Source: Actinomycetota bacterium
GTDB taxonomy: Bacteria; Actinomycetota; Actinomycetes; Nanopelagicales; Nanopelagicaceae
Length of the DNA: 54,429 nt
Reading direction: 5' to 3'
Assembly: GCA_947380835.1 (NCBI GenBank)
Contig: CANCSL010000001.1
Location: 1-54,429, forward strand
Part shown: positions 1-9,242 of the stretch, piece by piece
Numbering within the stretch: the first letter of the stretch is position 1
Layout: each line of letters begins with the position of its first letter
Program-made: the position numbers and the translations under genes
Notes under the pieces: model-generated
Told to the model about the DNA's origin: nothing
The model's database searches: none
What the model saw: the letters and a program-made list of their open reading frames with translations, nothing else

Positions 1-465
1 ATTCAGAATGACCAGTGGAAGTCCATATCGGATGAGACTTTGGCTCTGGCTATTGCGCACGGACCTCAGGCTTATATTTCGCCCACTAACTATGAAAATA
101 AGTTGACCGATCACCGGGTCGTTCCGACGTGGAACTATCAAGCAGTGCATTTGTCGGGAACTCTTTCAGTCAGCCATGACGTCGAAGAATTACGTCAAAT
201 AGTCTCTGATCTCACAGATTTTCACGAGCACGATAGAGCCAAACCCTGGAGCGCGATTGAGTCCGATCCTAAATATTTCGAGGGGCAACTTAAAGCAATC
301 GTTGCAATTCGAATGAAGGTCACTAAAGTCGAAGCAAAAGCAAAATTGAGCCAAAATCGATCAGAGAATGATCAACAAGCAATCGTGAAAGAGCTAGGCC
401 AATCCAGGGCATTGCCCGCGCGCGATCTGGCACAAGCAATGCAGAAGAATCTGGATAAGAATTAA
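1..465 (+). CDS. PaiB-family FMN-binding putative transcriptional regulator (C-terminal part; the gene starts upstream of the window)
   Basis: Frame 1 is open from nt 1. The sequence ...AYISPTNYENK...VVPTWNYQAVHLSG...KAKLSQNRS fits the PaiB/FMN-binding split-barrel pattern from memory. Stop at 463-465. Confidence 0.7.
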   Translation: MQNDQWKSISDETLALAIAHGPQAYISPTNYENKLTDHRVVPTWNYQAVHLSGTLSVSHDVEELRQIVSDLTDFHEHDRAKPWSAIESDPKYFEGQLKAIVAIRMKVTKVEAKAKLSQNRSENDQQAIVKELGQSRALPARDLAQAMQKNLDKN

Positions 466-1217
466 CTAGTTTTGAAGTCCACAGAAACAGTTACTGTTAC
501 CGTTTTTTCAATTGTGCTGGTGTCGTAGTACCCCCCTGATGAAGTATCGACAGAATCCGGAGTCGTTACTTGTACCGGACCGCTTCGTACTGCAAGAACT
601 GACCCGACAGAGCCACCAACTGCTTCAGTGATCGCTTGAGCGCGAACCTTGGCATCCTTCATGGCATCGCTGAGGAGTGATGGGCGCAGAGTTGCAAGAT
701 TGGATACGTAATAGGCCGGGCCATAATTATTCACATTGACGCCGGTTTGCAAGAGCACGCCTATGCCATTCGATAATTTCTGTACGAGGGCGACATCTTT
801 AGAACGGACAATCACAGTTTGATTAGCGCGGTAAGAAAGCACGCGTCCGGTTGCATTGCCATTTATGTACTCATCGTTAGTTGAAGTCGCGATGGCCCCG
901 GATTCAATTCCGGTAGCTGCAATTCCGCCATTTGTTAGATAGGCAGAAAGAGCCACAACATCTGCTTCAGTTTTTTTGACTGCAGTGGCTACATTAGGTG
1001 CGGTTTCTTGCGCGTTAAGTGTCCACACCGCATTGTCGGATGTGGCGTTTACTCGAGCCGAGCCAGTGACCGTAATGGCATTTCCAGCTTTTGCAGCCAG
1101 GCCATTTCCAATCAAACTTGATCCAAACCCAATGCCGACCGCAAGTAAAAGCGCAGCAATGATCAATGAAAGGAAACGGGCGTTGGATTTTTTATGGACG
1201 ATCTGGTTTTCACTCAT
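462..1217 (-). CDS. SIMPL (DUF541) domain secreted/membrane-anchored protein
   Basis: 251 aa with an N-terminal TM/signal segment (FLSLIIAALLLAVGIGFG). The body (ITVTGSA...YRANQTVIVRSKD...AMKDAKVRAQAI...) is typical of SIMPL/DUF541. Confidence 0.75.
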   Translation of the reverse strand: MSENQIVHKKSNARFLSLIIAALLLAVGIGFGSSLIGNGLAAKAGNAITVTGSARVNATSDNAVWTLNAQETAPNVATAVKKTEADVVALSAYLTNGGIAATGIESGAIATSTNDEYINGNATGRVLSYRANQTVIVRSKDVALVQKLSNGIGVLLQTGVNVNNYGPAYYVSNLATLRPSLLSDAMKDAKVRAQAITEAVGGSVGSVLAVRSGPVQVTTPDSVDTSSGGYYDTSTIEKTVTVTVSVDFKTS

Positions 1218-1219
1218 AA

Positions 1220-1735
1220 TTAGATACTAACCTTCTTATCAAGTTCAGATTCCAAAGTTCCGCGACGGTACCACTCCAGTTCTTCATCCCAGGCGGTTCC
1301 CAGCGTTGCATGTAACGCATCTCGCAGTGATTCAAAATCGTGATGTGACGCCAACGAAGTCATGATGCGGTTTTCGTGAATCATCACATCGCCGGTTGAG
1401 GATGTGACCGCCTGATGGAGGCCAAGATCAGGAGTGCAGCGATAGAGAACCCCCTCGCCTCCCGAAGTCGAAAACTCTCGAACTTCAAAGCGCAGGTAAT
1501 GCCAACTCTTTAAAGTGCTAGCAATCTTGGAAGCAAGAAAGGCATCTCCGCGCCATTGGTACTCCGTGGACAGGGTGCCGGCAGCCAAACGCTGGGTCTG
1601 CCACTCCAACTCAATGGGTTGGCCAAAGATTTGATTAAGAGACCATTGGACATGGCGAATGAGCGCCCGAGGCGCTGAATAAATCCGTAGATCTCCAGAT
1701 AACCCGCCCACAGGCAGGTTGGTAGGCGAAATCAT
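1220..1735 (-). CDS. DUF3145 domain protein (conserved actinobacterial)
   Basis: IYSAPRALIRHVQWSL...LEWQTQ...YQWRGD...WHYLRFEVRE matches the DUF3145 pattern. I prefer the ATG at 1735 (AGGGGGA SD about 8 nt upstream) over the ORF-track start at 1762. Confidence 0.8.
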   Translation of the reverse strand: MISPTNLPVGGLSGDLRIYSAPRALIRHVQWSLNQIFGQPIELEWQTQRLAAGTLSTEYQWRGDAFLASKIASTLKSWHYLRFEVREFSTSGGEGVLYRCTPDLGLHQAVTSSTGDVMIHENRIMTSLASHHDFESLRDALHATLGTAWDEELEWYRRGTLESELDKKVSI

Positions 1736-1762
1736 CGGCAAATCCCCCTTTTCAGGCTTCAC

Positions 1763-2115
1763 AGGACGCTGCTAGCTCGTGATGCGACCTTCCCCAGTCC
1801 ATCAAGCTATTCAGGGCTCGTCCTTGGCGCTTTGAGAGCCGCCGGGATAATCCGATAACTAATTCTCCCCTACTTCGGCCGGTTTTGCCTAGTCCACAGG
1901 CCCGGGCTGTAATAAGCCCCTCAAAAGAGGCTGAAAAATTGTTTAGTGATTTACGCCTCTCTACGGCTACACTTTGGGCTAGTCCGACGCTTGGCAGTAC
2001 CCCGTTTCTCGGCCCCGATTTATCGGGCAGCTTTGTTCGGTATAGCTGTATAGAAGAAGACCGGCACTTGAGGATAAGCCTCTTGAGTCAAACAAATACC
2101 GAAGGATAAAGCTCA
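1763..2115 (+). promoter_or_regulatory. Promoter plus long 5' leader of the cold-shock gene (boundaries unknown)
   Basis: A 353-nt non-coding gap lies upstream of cspA. Its only ORF (1885..2109) has non-protein-like composition. Long structured 5' UTRs are established for csp genes. Confidence 0.35.
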
Positions 2116-2319
2116 ATGGCAACAGGTACAGTTAAGTGGTTCAACTCTGAAAAGGGATTTGGTTTCATCGCCGTAGATGGTGGCGGACAAGATGTATTCG
2201 TTCACTACTCTGCAATCCAAGGCAATGGCTACAAGTCACTCGAAGAGGGTCAAGCCGTGACTTTCGAAGTAGTCCAGGGTCCAAAGGGTCCTCAGGCTGA
2301 CGCAGTTGTTCCTAACTAA
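2116..2319 (+). CDS. cspA: Cold-shock protein, CspA family
   Basis: 67 aa, [18 protein letters not shown]...DVFVHYSAI, with canonical RNP1/RNP2 cold-shock motifs. Confidence 0.97.
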   Translation: MATGTVKWFNSEKGFGFIAVDGGGQDVFVHYSAIQGNGYKSLEEGQAVTFEVVQGPKGPQADAVVPN

Positions 2320-2336
2320 TAACCATTAACTCAAAA

Positions 2337-2368
2337 GAGGACCGGCTTCTAGCTGGTCCTCTTTTTTT
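2337..2368 (+). terminator. Rho-independent terminator after cspA, possibly bidirectional for the convergent M23 peptidase gene
   Basis: Stem GAGGACC(2337-2343)/GGTCCTC(2355-2361) with extra inner pairs, followed by T7 (2362-2368). On the other strand the stem is followed by CTTTTG. Confidence 0.8.
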
Positions 2369-2392
2369 ATGCCTAAAATCAATTTTCAAGAA

Positions 2393-2992
2393 TTAGTACG
2401 CAGGAACCTTTGGAACAGTTCCGATCTTCTTCTCCAACTTGACAATACCGTTCCTGGGCGAGATATCTTTCCCCGCCTTCCAGGCATCCAGATAGCTCCA
2501 GGGGTAAATCTCTCCTCGCCGCACCCACCAGATGCCACCTTTAGTCGGCCATGAGATCCCAAAGTGCAGGTGCGGAGCCAAGCCTTTGGCATCTCCGCTA
2601 TTTCCTACCTTGCCAATTACATCCCCAACATTGACGCGTAACCCCGGCGCCATATCTTTTGGAATATAAGAAAGATGGGATCCGTAATAGCGGACGCCAT
2701 CATCTCCGACCATAGAAATAAAAAGCCCGCCACGGTCAGCGCCTTTATTGGTTTTCCAAGTAAATCGATCTACTCGATTAACTTCATCGATCGTGCCCGA
2801 AGTTGGAGCCACGAAAGCGCAACCCACTTTCGTCAAAATATCGGTCGCAGGATAGTTATGGTGATATTTCCCGTAAGTAACGGCGCATCCAGAAATGGGA
2901 AAGGTGTAGTTGGGAGCGGCATTCGCTGGAACTCCTAAAGTGCTCACAAGCGCCATGCAAAGAAAAACTGCTGCAACCTTAATCTTGGCCAT
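2393..2992 (-). CDS. M23 family metallopeptidase (LytM-like, secreted)
   Basis: Signal peptide [25 protein letters not shown]. Also HHNYPATD and [17 protein letters not shown] (the HxH of M23). Start chosen at ATG 2992; the longer ORF to 3166 would overlap tdh. Confidence 0.85.
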   Translation of the reverse strand: MAKIKVAAVFLCMALVSTLGVPANAAPNYTFPISGCAVTYGKYHHNYPATDILTKVGCAFVAPTSGTIDEVNRVDRFTWKTNKGADRGGLFISMVGDDGVRYYGSHLSYIPKDMAPGLRVNVGDVIGKVGNSGDAKGLAPHLHFGISWPTKGGIWWVRRGEIYPWSYLDAWKAGKDISPRNGIVKLEKKIGTVPKVPAY

Positions 2993-3035
2993 CACGATCG
3001 TTAGCATAGACTGCTGGCATACCTCAAGGAGTTCT

Positions 3036-4061
3036 ATGAAGAGCCTGAGAAAACTAACGGCAGGTCCTGGCTTCCAGCTTGTTGATGTCCCAGAACCAAT
3101 AGCCGGTCCCCGCGATGTAAAAATTAAAGTTCTTCGAACTGGTATCTGCGGAACCGATCTCCACATTCAATCGTGGGATTCGTGGGCTGCCGCCACCATC
3201 AAGGTTCCGATTACACCCGGCCATGAATTCAGTGGAACCGTCGTAGAAATTGGAGCCGACGTAACCACGATAAACGTGGGCGATTTTGTTTCGGGCGAAG
3301 GTCACATCGTCTGTGGGCTCTGCCGAAATTGTCGAGCAGGTAGGCGCCATCTCTGCATGAATACCATTGGGTTAGGCGTGAATCGCGACGGCGCATTCGC
3401 AGAATATGTGGTTCTTCCCGAGGTCAATGTCTGGAAACATACCGAGAACATCGATCCGGATTTAGCGGCAATTTTCGACCCGCTCGGAAATGCAGTTCAC
3501 GTTGCGCTTTCCTTCCCGATCGTTGGAGAAGATGTTCTTATTACTGGTGCAGGACCTATTGGTCTCATGGCAGCACAGGTAGCCCGCTTCATTGGCGCTA
3601 GGTACATAGTTATCACCGACGTAGTCGAAAGTCGGCTCGAACTTGCCCGCAAGTTTGGCGTCGATGTGGCGGTTAATGTCAGGACCGACAGCTTGAAAGA
3701 TGTCATGAATAGCTTGGGCATGTCCGAAGGATTCGATATTGCTTTTGAGATGAGCGGAAGTCCGACAGCGCTCCCCCAAATTCTGGAACACCTAGGTCAC
3801 GGCGCTCGTGTGGCGCTGCTTGGACTTCCTAGCAAGCCCATTGAAGTGAACTGGTCCAAGGTGATCACCAACATGACCACAATTAAAGGAATTTACGGTC
3901 GTGAAATGTTCGAAACTTGGTATGCCATGACCGCAATGATCAAAAAGGGAATTGATATCGACCCAGTGATCACTCATCGCCTGCATTTTTCACAATGGGA
4001 GGAAGCTTTCGCCATCGCCGCCCAATCCAGTGCCGGAAAAGTTATTTTGGAGTGGAGCTAA
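3036..4061 (+). CDS. tdh: L-threonine 3-dehydrogenase (zinc-dependent MDR family)
   Basis: MKSLRKL...GICGTDLHI...GHEFSG...[10 protein letters not shown]. Followed by kbl 2 nt later. Start chosen at ATG 3036, not 2910. Confidence 0.9.
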   Translation: MKSLRKLTAGPGFQLVDVPEPIAGPRDVKIKVLRTGICGTDLHIQSWDSWAAATIKVPITPGHEFSGTVVEIGADVTTINVGDFVSGEGHIVCGLCRNCRAGRRHLCMNTIGLGVNRDGAFAEYVVLPEVNVWKHTENIDPDLAAIFDPLGNAVHVALSFPIVGEDVLITGAGPIGLMAAQVARFIGARYIVITDVVESRLELARKFGVDVAVNVRTDSLKDVMNSLGMSEGFDIAFEMSGSPTALPQILEHLGHGARVALLGLPSKPIEVNWSKVITNMTTIKGIYGREMFETWYAMTAMIKKGIDIDPVITHRLHFSQWEEAFAIAAQSSAGKVILEWS

Positions 4062-4062
4062 C

Positions 4063-5232
4063 ATGTTTGAAACCGCTCGACAAGAATTACTCTCTGAACT
4101 CGCCGCGATAAGTGATGCTGGTACCAAGAAATCAGAAGTATCTATTACTTCTGCACAAGGTACATCTATAGAGATTGATGGCAAACCTTTTATCAATTTT
4201 TGCGCCAACAACTACCTAGGGCTTTCCAATCATCCCGAAATCGTGGCAGCGGCAAAACAAAGTTTGGATGAACACGGCTATGGCTTATCAAGCGTGCGCT
4301 TCATTTGCGGAACGCAAGATATCCATCTGCAACTTGAAGATGAGCTCTCAAAGTTCCTGCACCAAGAGGCCACTATTCTCTTCCCTTCCTGCTTTGATGC
4401 CAATGGCGGGATATTCGAAGTTCTGATGAAGGAAGATGATGCAATCATCTCCGATGAGCTCAACCATGCTTCCATCATTGACGGCATTCGCCTCTCGAAG
4501 GCAAAAAGATTTCGCTACCGAAACCGCGACATGGCTGATCTTGAGACCCAACTTATTGGTGCGGATGGGTCCAGGCGAAAGCTCATCGTCACCGACGGAG
4601 TCTTTTCGATGGATGGCTATATCGCTCCCCTTGCCGAGATATGCGATCTCGCCGAGAAGTACGGCGCTATGGTGATGGTCGATGATTCCCACGCCGTCGG
4701 ATTTATTGGTGAAAAAGGCGCAGGCACTCCCGAACTCTGTGGCGTTCAAGATCGGATAGATATTCTCTCTGGCACCTTGGGCAAGGCTCTCGGTGGTGCT
4801 TCCGGCGGATACATAAGCGCTCATCGGGAAATTGTCGATCTGCTCAGACAACGAGCTCGTCCATATCTTTTCTCCAATGCCGTTCCGCCTACCGTCGTCT
4901 CTGGTTCGCTCAAGGCTCTTGAGTTAGTTCGCTCAGGTGAACAAATGCGCAAGCAATTGCAGATTAACGCTCAGCTCTTTCGTGATCTCATGGTTGCCCA
5001 AGGATTCACTTTGCTTCCTGGCATACACCCCATCATTCCTGTGATGTTTACTTCGGAGGCCGAGGCAGGCAAAAGCGCCGATGGATTACATGACCGCGGC
5101 ATTCATGCCGTTGCTTTCTCCTACCCCGTTGTCCCTTTGGGAAAAGCGCGTATTCGTATTCAAATATCGGCGCAGCACACCGAATCTGATATCCGAAAGT
5201 GCGTAGATGCCTTCAAAACATCCCGAATCTGA
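4063..5232 (+). CDS. kbl: Glycine C-acetyltransferase (2-amino-3-ketobutyrate CoA ligase)
   Basis: Alpha-oxoamine synthase pattern: [28 protein letters not shown] (PLP lysine). Classic tdh-kbl pair. Confidence 0.9.
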   Translation: MFETARQELLSELAAISDAGTKKSEVSITSAQGTSIEIDGKPFINFCANNYLGLSNHPEIVAAAKQSLDEHGYGLSSVRFICGTQDIHLQLEDELSKFLHQEATILFPSCFDANGGIFEVLMKEDDAIISDELNHASIIDGIRLSKAKRFRYRNRDMADLETQLIGADGSRRKLIVTDGVFSMDGYIAPLAEICDLAEKYGAMVMVDDSHAVGFIGEKGAGTPELCGVQDRIDILSGTLGKALGGASGGYISAHREIVDLLRQRARPYLFSNAVPPTVVSGSLKALELVRSGEQMRKQLQINAQLFRDLMVAQGFTLLPGIHPIIPVMFTSEAEAGKSADGLHDRGIHAVAFSYPVVPLGKARIRIQISAQHTESDIRKCVDAFKTSRI

Positions 5233-5266
5233 CAATGACCAAGACTTCGCATAAACTCTGCCAGTC

Positions 5267-5340
5267 GGGGCGGTAGCTCAGTTGGTTAGAGCCCGGAACT
5301 CATAATTCCGTCGTCGTCGGTTCGAGCCCGACTCGCCCCA
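5267..5340 (+). tRNA. tRNA with anticodon CAT (elongator Met, or Ile2 if lysidine-modified)
   Basis: Hand-folded cloverleaf. Acceptor GGGGCGG/TCGCCCC, D arm GCTCAGTTGGTTAGAGC, anticodon stem CGGAA/TTCCG with loop CTCATAA, T arm GTCGG-TTCGAGC-CCGAC. CCA is not encoded. It lacks the initiator-type 1:72 mismatch. Confidence 0.9.
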
Positions 5341-5392
5341 CTAAGAATTGCCACTCGAAAAACTCGCCAGCGAGAGTGGCTATGATGAAAAC

Positions 5393-5668
5393 ATGTCCGA
5401 TTCAGAGCAACCCTTCCTAGGGCTAAAGCGTCAATGGAATGTTGTGCTGGATCGCGTTCTTGAACAAGATCGAATCGCTTGGCTAGCCTTTTTCGATGCT
5501 CGCCTGGCTTCTCTAGAAAATGATCAACTTACTTTGAGTTTTGCCGATAGCCAAAAATTTGGCGGCCAGCATGATTTCACAATGGCTCGCAATCCCAAGC
5601 ACACAGAAATTCTGATGAACGCAATTCACGAAGTAACTGGCTTCGACCTCACCATTCACGAAGAATGA
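5393..5668 (+). CDS. Small hypothetical protein resembling the extreme C-terminal domain of actinobacterial DnaX (tau/gamma)
   Basis: The pattern W-x2-VL-x-RV...W-x-F...L-x-SLE-x-DQLTLSF...ILMNAIHEVTGFDLTI resembles DnaX C-termini as I remember them. Its stop overlaps the next gene's start (ATGA at 5665-5668). The start is uncertain: ATG 5393, or TTG 5348 only 8 nt after the tRNA. Confidence 0.55.
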   Translation: MSDSEQPFLGLKRQWNVVLDRVLEQDRIAWLAFFDARLASLENDQLTLSFADSQKFGGQHDFTMARNPKHTEILMNAIHEVTGFDLTIHEE

Positions 5669-6990
5669 AACGTCGCCTTCCCCTCATCGCTCTCCTCATC
5701 GGAGCAAGTATTTCCATACTCGTGAATTCAGCGGATGCGACTGCACCTGCAAAAGTCGCTGCCTTGGGTCCAGGCTATCGAATACACGGAATCGATATCA
5801 GCAGATGGCAGCATCCTGGAAATAAGACCATCGACTTTAAGAAGATGTATAAAGCGGGCATTAGGTTTGTTTTGATCAAGGGATCAGATGCGTTGGATGC
5901 CGCTGATGCCACCGCCTTAAAATATTTAAAAGTCGACCGTACTTCGGCTCAGGCGGCTGGTCTGTATACCGGTTTCTATCATTACGCCACCTTGCCCGAC
6001 AGCGTTGACCCCGCTTTTATCACTGCTGATGCCAAAGCTCAGGCTCAGAAAGTGGTGTGGCGCCTGGCGACGATCGGCGGCTACAGCGCAAAGGATTTGC
6101 CGGTCACTCTCGATCTGGAAAATAATTGCGTGCGCAAAGATTCTGCCGGCACGTGTCTAAAATTTATGAATAAGAAGTATGTAACCCTCTGGGCGCAAAC
6201 GTGGCTGGCAACAGTTGCCTTAAAGACCGGTCGACCTCCGATTGTTTATTCGTATCCGCAATTTCTTGAAAATGCGATGGTCCGCTCTGCCGACTTTATT
6301 CAATATCCCTTGTGGATTGCCCACTACAACATCAACCCAGCGGTTCAAACTGCCCAACCCGGGATCAAAAACGTCGGGTGTTACTCGCACTCGTGGACAA
6401 CATCTGATTGCTCGACCCAATGGCAGATCTGGCAGTACACCTCGTGTGGCATAGGACCGAAATACGGAGTACCTACCGATCGCGTGGATCTCGATGTCTT
6501 TGGTGGATCGTCGACTGATTTCTTGGCGTTGACTGCCGGAATCTGGATTCCAACTCGTTTTGATTTCTTACCCATCGATGAACCCACCACGATGAATGTG
6601 ATTTCGACGTTGAGTAAAACTACGAAGGACATTACTCAAATAGTTGTGGATGTACTACGCCCGAGTGGATCTCCTGTTGTAACCGGAACCGTGAATTTCA
6701 CTTCGCTTGATTCGCTGATGACGAATGGATCTCAAAAGGCAATTCGTTCCGCCAGCGGACGATGGACTTTGAACATTACAAAATTAAATGCCGGCCACTA
6801 CTTAGGTTTGGTCAACTACATCGATGAGACTGGTACCCATGCGAACAATTCAATTCCCGTCACTTTCGATATTGCGCCCGCGCCAACTCCCACGGCTACG
6901 CCCACACCAACATTGGTGCCAACGCCTACGAAGATTCCCACTGTAAAACCAACCCCTGTTGACGTCTGCGCAGGGCAGATCAGAAATTAA
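5665..6990 (+). CDS. Secreted glycoside hydrolase family 25 muramidase (lysozyme) with an Ig-like domain and a C-terminal Pro/Thr-rich tail
   Basis: Signal peptide LIALLIGASISILVNSADA. GIDISRWQH...IDFKKMYKAGIRFVLIKGSD and VTLDLEN are GH25 signatures. The tail is APAPTPTATPTPTLVPTPTKIPTVKPTP. Confidence 0.85.
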   Translation: MKRRLPLIALLIGASISILVNSADATAPAKVAALGPGYRIHGIDISRWQHPGNKTIDFKKMYKAGIRFVLIKGSDALDAADATALKYLKVDRTSAQAAGLYTGFYHYATLPDSVDPAFITADAKAQAQKVVWRLATIGGYSAKDLPVTLDLENNCVRKDSAGTCLKFMNKKYVTLWAQTWLATVALKTGRPPIVYSYPQFLENAMVRSADFIQYPLWIAHYNINPAVQTAQPGIKNVGCYSHSWTTSDCSTQWQIWQYTSCGIGPKYGVPTDRVDLDVFGGSSTDFLALTAGIWIPTRFDFLPIDEPTTMNVISTLSKTTKDITQIVVDVLRPSGSPVVTGTVNFTSLDSLMTNGSQKAIRSASGRWTLNITKLNAGHYLGLVNYIDETGTHANNSIPVTFDIAPAPTPTATPTPTLVPTPTKIPTVKPTPVDVCAGQIRN

Positions 6991-9107
6991 TCGACTCTGG
7001 TTGCAGAAATGAGAATCGCGTTTTCTGGAGCAAGAATTGGTGGGCGTACTCCAATGGAGGCAAGCGCAGCACCGCTGAGGCGAACGCCTTTAAGCCAAGG
7101 TGGATTCTTAACTTGTAGTGCCCGTGGCTTACCCACGTCACCAACTACCTTTACTTCGTAAGTTGCCCTTGGATCCAAACCTGGAATAAGTGCCATGGCA
7201 GGAAAATTGGATTCGTTCATACGGTGTTGAACATAGGCAAAGAGTGCTTCGCTTTGATCCTGTGCCACAACTCCATAAAGAAAAGCATTTGCATCGGGAT
7301 GATCGACTCGAACTGCTCGCCCGGAGTGCAACATCCCACGTTTGGCTTTGTAGAGAGCCGCCCACTTTTTCAAGATGACACGTTCTTCATCGTTGGCTTC
7401 GGTGACGTTCCACTCGATACCAGCATGTCCAAAGATGGCGTTGATGGCACGGAAGCTTATTTCGTGAGTACGCGCTGTTTGGTGACCATGAGTAGGACCA
7501 ATATGGGTGCCCAGCATTTCTGGTGGAATCGCGATGCCAGTCCAACGTTGAATAGTTTGGCGCTCTAGCGCATCGTTGTTATCGCTAGTCCAGAAACGAT
7601 CGACTACATCGACAATTCCTAGATCAACGCGCGCACCACCAGATGCGCAGCTTTCGATCTCTAACTTGGGATGTCGACGTTTTAATTCGGCGAAGAGACG
7701 ATAAATCGCAGCGGTCTGATTGTGAATAGATGCCTGACCTAAATGACCAGCATCATTGAGACCGCGATTATGATCCCACTTAATGTAAGCGATGTTGTAC
7801 TCAGACAAGACTGCATCGACTTGGCCCAGCACATGCTCGTAAGCACCCGGGTGAGAAATATCTAGCACTAACTGATTGCGCCACAAAGGAGGTACGCGAT
7901 CGGCTTCGTGGAGAATCCATTCAGGGTGGGCGCGATAGAGATCGGAGTCGGGGTTAACCATCTCGCCCTCGAACCAGAGACCAAACTCAATGCCTTTGTC
8001 GTTGATGTATTTGATAATCGAACCCAGCCCATTTGGCCAAACTGCCGGATCGACGACCCAGTCGCCAAGACCGGCGCGATCATGGCGTCGATCATGAAAC
8101 CAACCATCATCCAAAACCATACGTTCGACACCTATTTCAGCAGCGGCATCGGCAATCTTTTTGATCGTTTCTTCATCATGCGCGAAGTAAACGGCTTCCC
8201 AGACATTGAGAGTCAAGGGACGTGGGCGCACATTGGTGGGATGATGAGGTCTTGCCCGCAGCCAAGAATGGTAATTGTGGCTGAGTCCATCGAGACCGGT
8301 ATCGCTGTAATTGGCAACGACACCAGGAATTTGGTAGCTGGTGCCGGGAGCCAAAATTATTTCGCCGGGCATCAAAAGCTCGCCAGCCCCAATTGATTGC
8401 ACGCCATCAGCTAAACGCTCGACATGGTGGACGGAGTTTCCACTCCAGGCCATGCTGAGAGCCCATGCTTCTCCCCCAGAAAAATTAGTGCTGGAGGTCA
8501 TCGCAATTTGAGCGATGGTGTAATCGTGACCTGTTCTACCTTCGCGAATTTCGCGGCTAGAAAGACCTGAAACGATCGGACGGCGCTGCGGGTGGCGCTC
8601 GTGTGACCAGCGACCTGTGAAGTCCAAAATTTCGCGGGCGCGATCGGCCAACGGCAACCAGTATACGAATTGGTCTACCGAGTAATCTGCCTCACCTTTG
8701 TTAGTCAGAATTGCATTGATCTTGAGAATGCCTTCATCGGTAAGGTGGTAAGAAATTTCCAGATGAAGTGCTGCTGCTTCGTCGTGCAGTTGAGCAATTA
8801 AGGTGTTTCCTTGATGAGAGTAATCGACCAATGAGAATTGTGTCGACCAAGCTTTTCCGCCGCGATGACCGGACAGAGTTGGATGCCCCAGAAAGCTACG
8901 CGAATGTTCACGCATGATGCCCGGAGTCAAAGGTTCGTCAGTACTGCTATTTGAGACTGACTTGGTTACGGCGCTTTTGAGATCACCGGGATCGCCGAGT
9001 ACTTCAATATCTCGACCCCAATACAAGATAGAAAGAACTTGCTCATGGGCTTCAAAGACCACCGTACTGCTTGATGATCGCAACTGAATTAATTCTCTAG
9101 AACTCAC
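6987..9107 (-). CDS. Alpha-galactosidase (GH36)
   Basis: About 706 aa with YIKWDHNR and ESCASGGARVD, which are GH36 catalytic-region motifs. I prefer the GTG at 9107 (GGAGAG SD 5 nt upstream) over the ORF-track start at 9143. Confidence 0.88.
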   Translation of the reverse strand: MSSRELIQLRSSSSTVVFEAHEQVLSILYWGRDIEVLGDPGDLKSAVTKSVSNSSTDEPLTPGIMREHSRSFLGHPTLSGHRGGKAWSTQFSLVDYSHQGNTLIAQLHDEAAALHLEISYHLTDEGILKINAILTNKGEADYSVDQFVYWLPLADRAREILDFTGRWSHERHPQRRPIVSGLSSREIREGRTGHDYTIAQIAMTSSTNFSGGEAWALSMAWSGNSVHHVERLADGVQSIGAGELLMPGEIILAPGTSYQIPGVVANYSDTGLDGLSHNYHSWLRARPHHPTNVRPRPLTLNVWEAVYFAHDEETIKKIADAAAEIGVERMVLDDGWFHDRRHDRAGLGDWVVDPAVWPNGLGSIIKYINDKGIEFGLWFEGEMVNPDSDLYRAHPEWILHEADRVPPLWRNQLVLDISHPGAYEHVLGQVDAVLSEYNIAYIKWDHNRGLNDAGHLGQASIHNQTAAIYRLFAELKRRHPKLEIESCASGGARVDLGIVDVVDRFWTSDNNDALERQTIQRWTGIAIPPEMLGTHIGPTHGHQTARTHEISFRAINAIFGHAGIEWNVTEANDEERVILKKWAALYKAKRGMLHSGRAVRVDHPDANAFLYGVVAQDQSEALFAYVQHRMNESNFPAMALIPGLDPRATYEVKVVGDVGKPRALQVKNPPWLKGVRLSGAALASIGVRPPILAPENAILISATRVD

Positions 9108-9242
9108 GTTTACTCTCCATTTCAGAGGTGAGATTACTAGCAATCATTCCTTTTCATTTCGCTTTTCACTAGAGTTTGCCCCTGGACATTGGCTCGCTAG
9201 TCGCGCCGTGAAATTGCCTGCTCATCTTGAATTGGAGTTTTC

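Noticed and set aside
1885-2109. 74-aa ORF in the cspA upstream region
   Set aside because: It has a non-ATG start, no RBS, and Ser/Leu/Pro/Arg-rich composition with no recognisable motif. It fits better as part of the cspA 5' leader.
2910-3166. Long N-terminal extensions of the tdh (from 2910) and M23 peptidase (to 3166) ORFs, which overlap each other on opposite strands
   Set aside because: The internal ATGs at 3036 (MKSLRKL...) and 2992 (MAKIKV..., a signal peptide) give canonical N-termini and remove the overlap. The extensions have junk-like sequence.
9108-9242. Search for a LacI/GalR-type palindromic operator in the alpha-galactosidase/lacZ divergent spacer
   Set aside because: I found only short, weak repeats: ACTAGC...GCTAGT as a 6-bp inverted pair about 55 nt apart, and TTTTCA twice. 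Nothing resembles a 14-20-bp operator.
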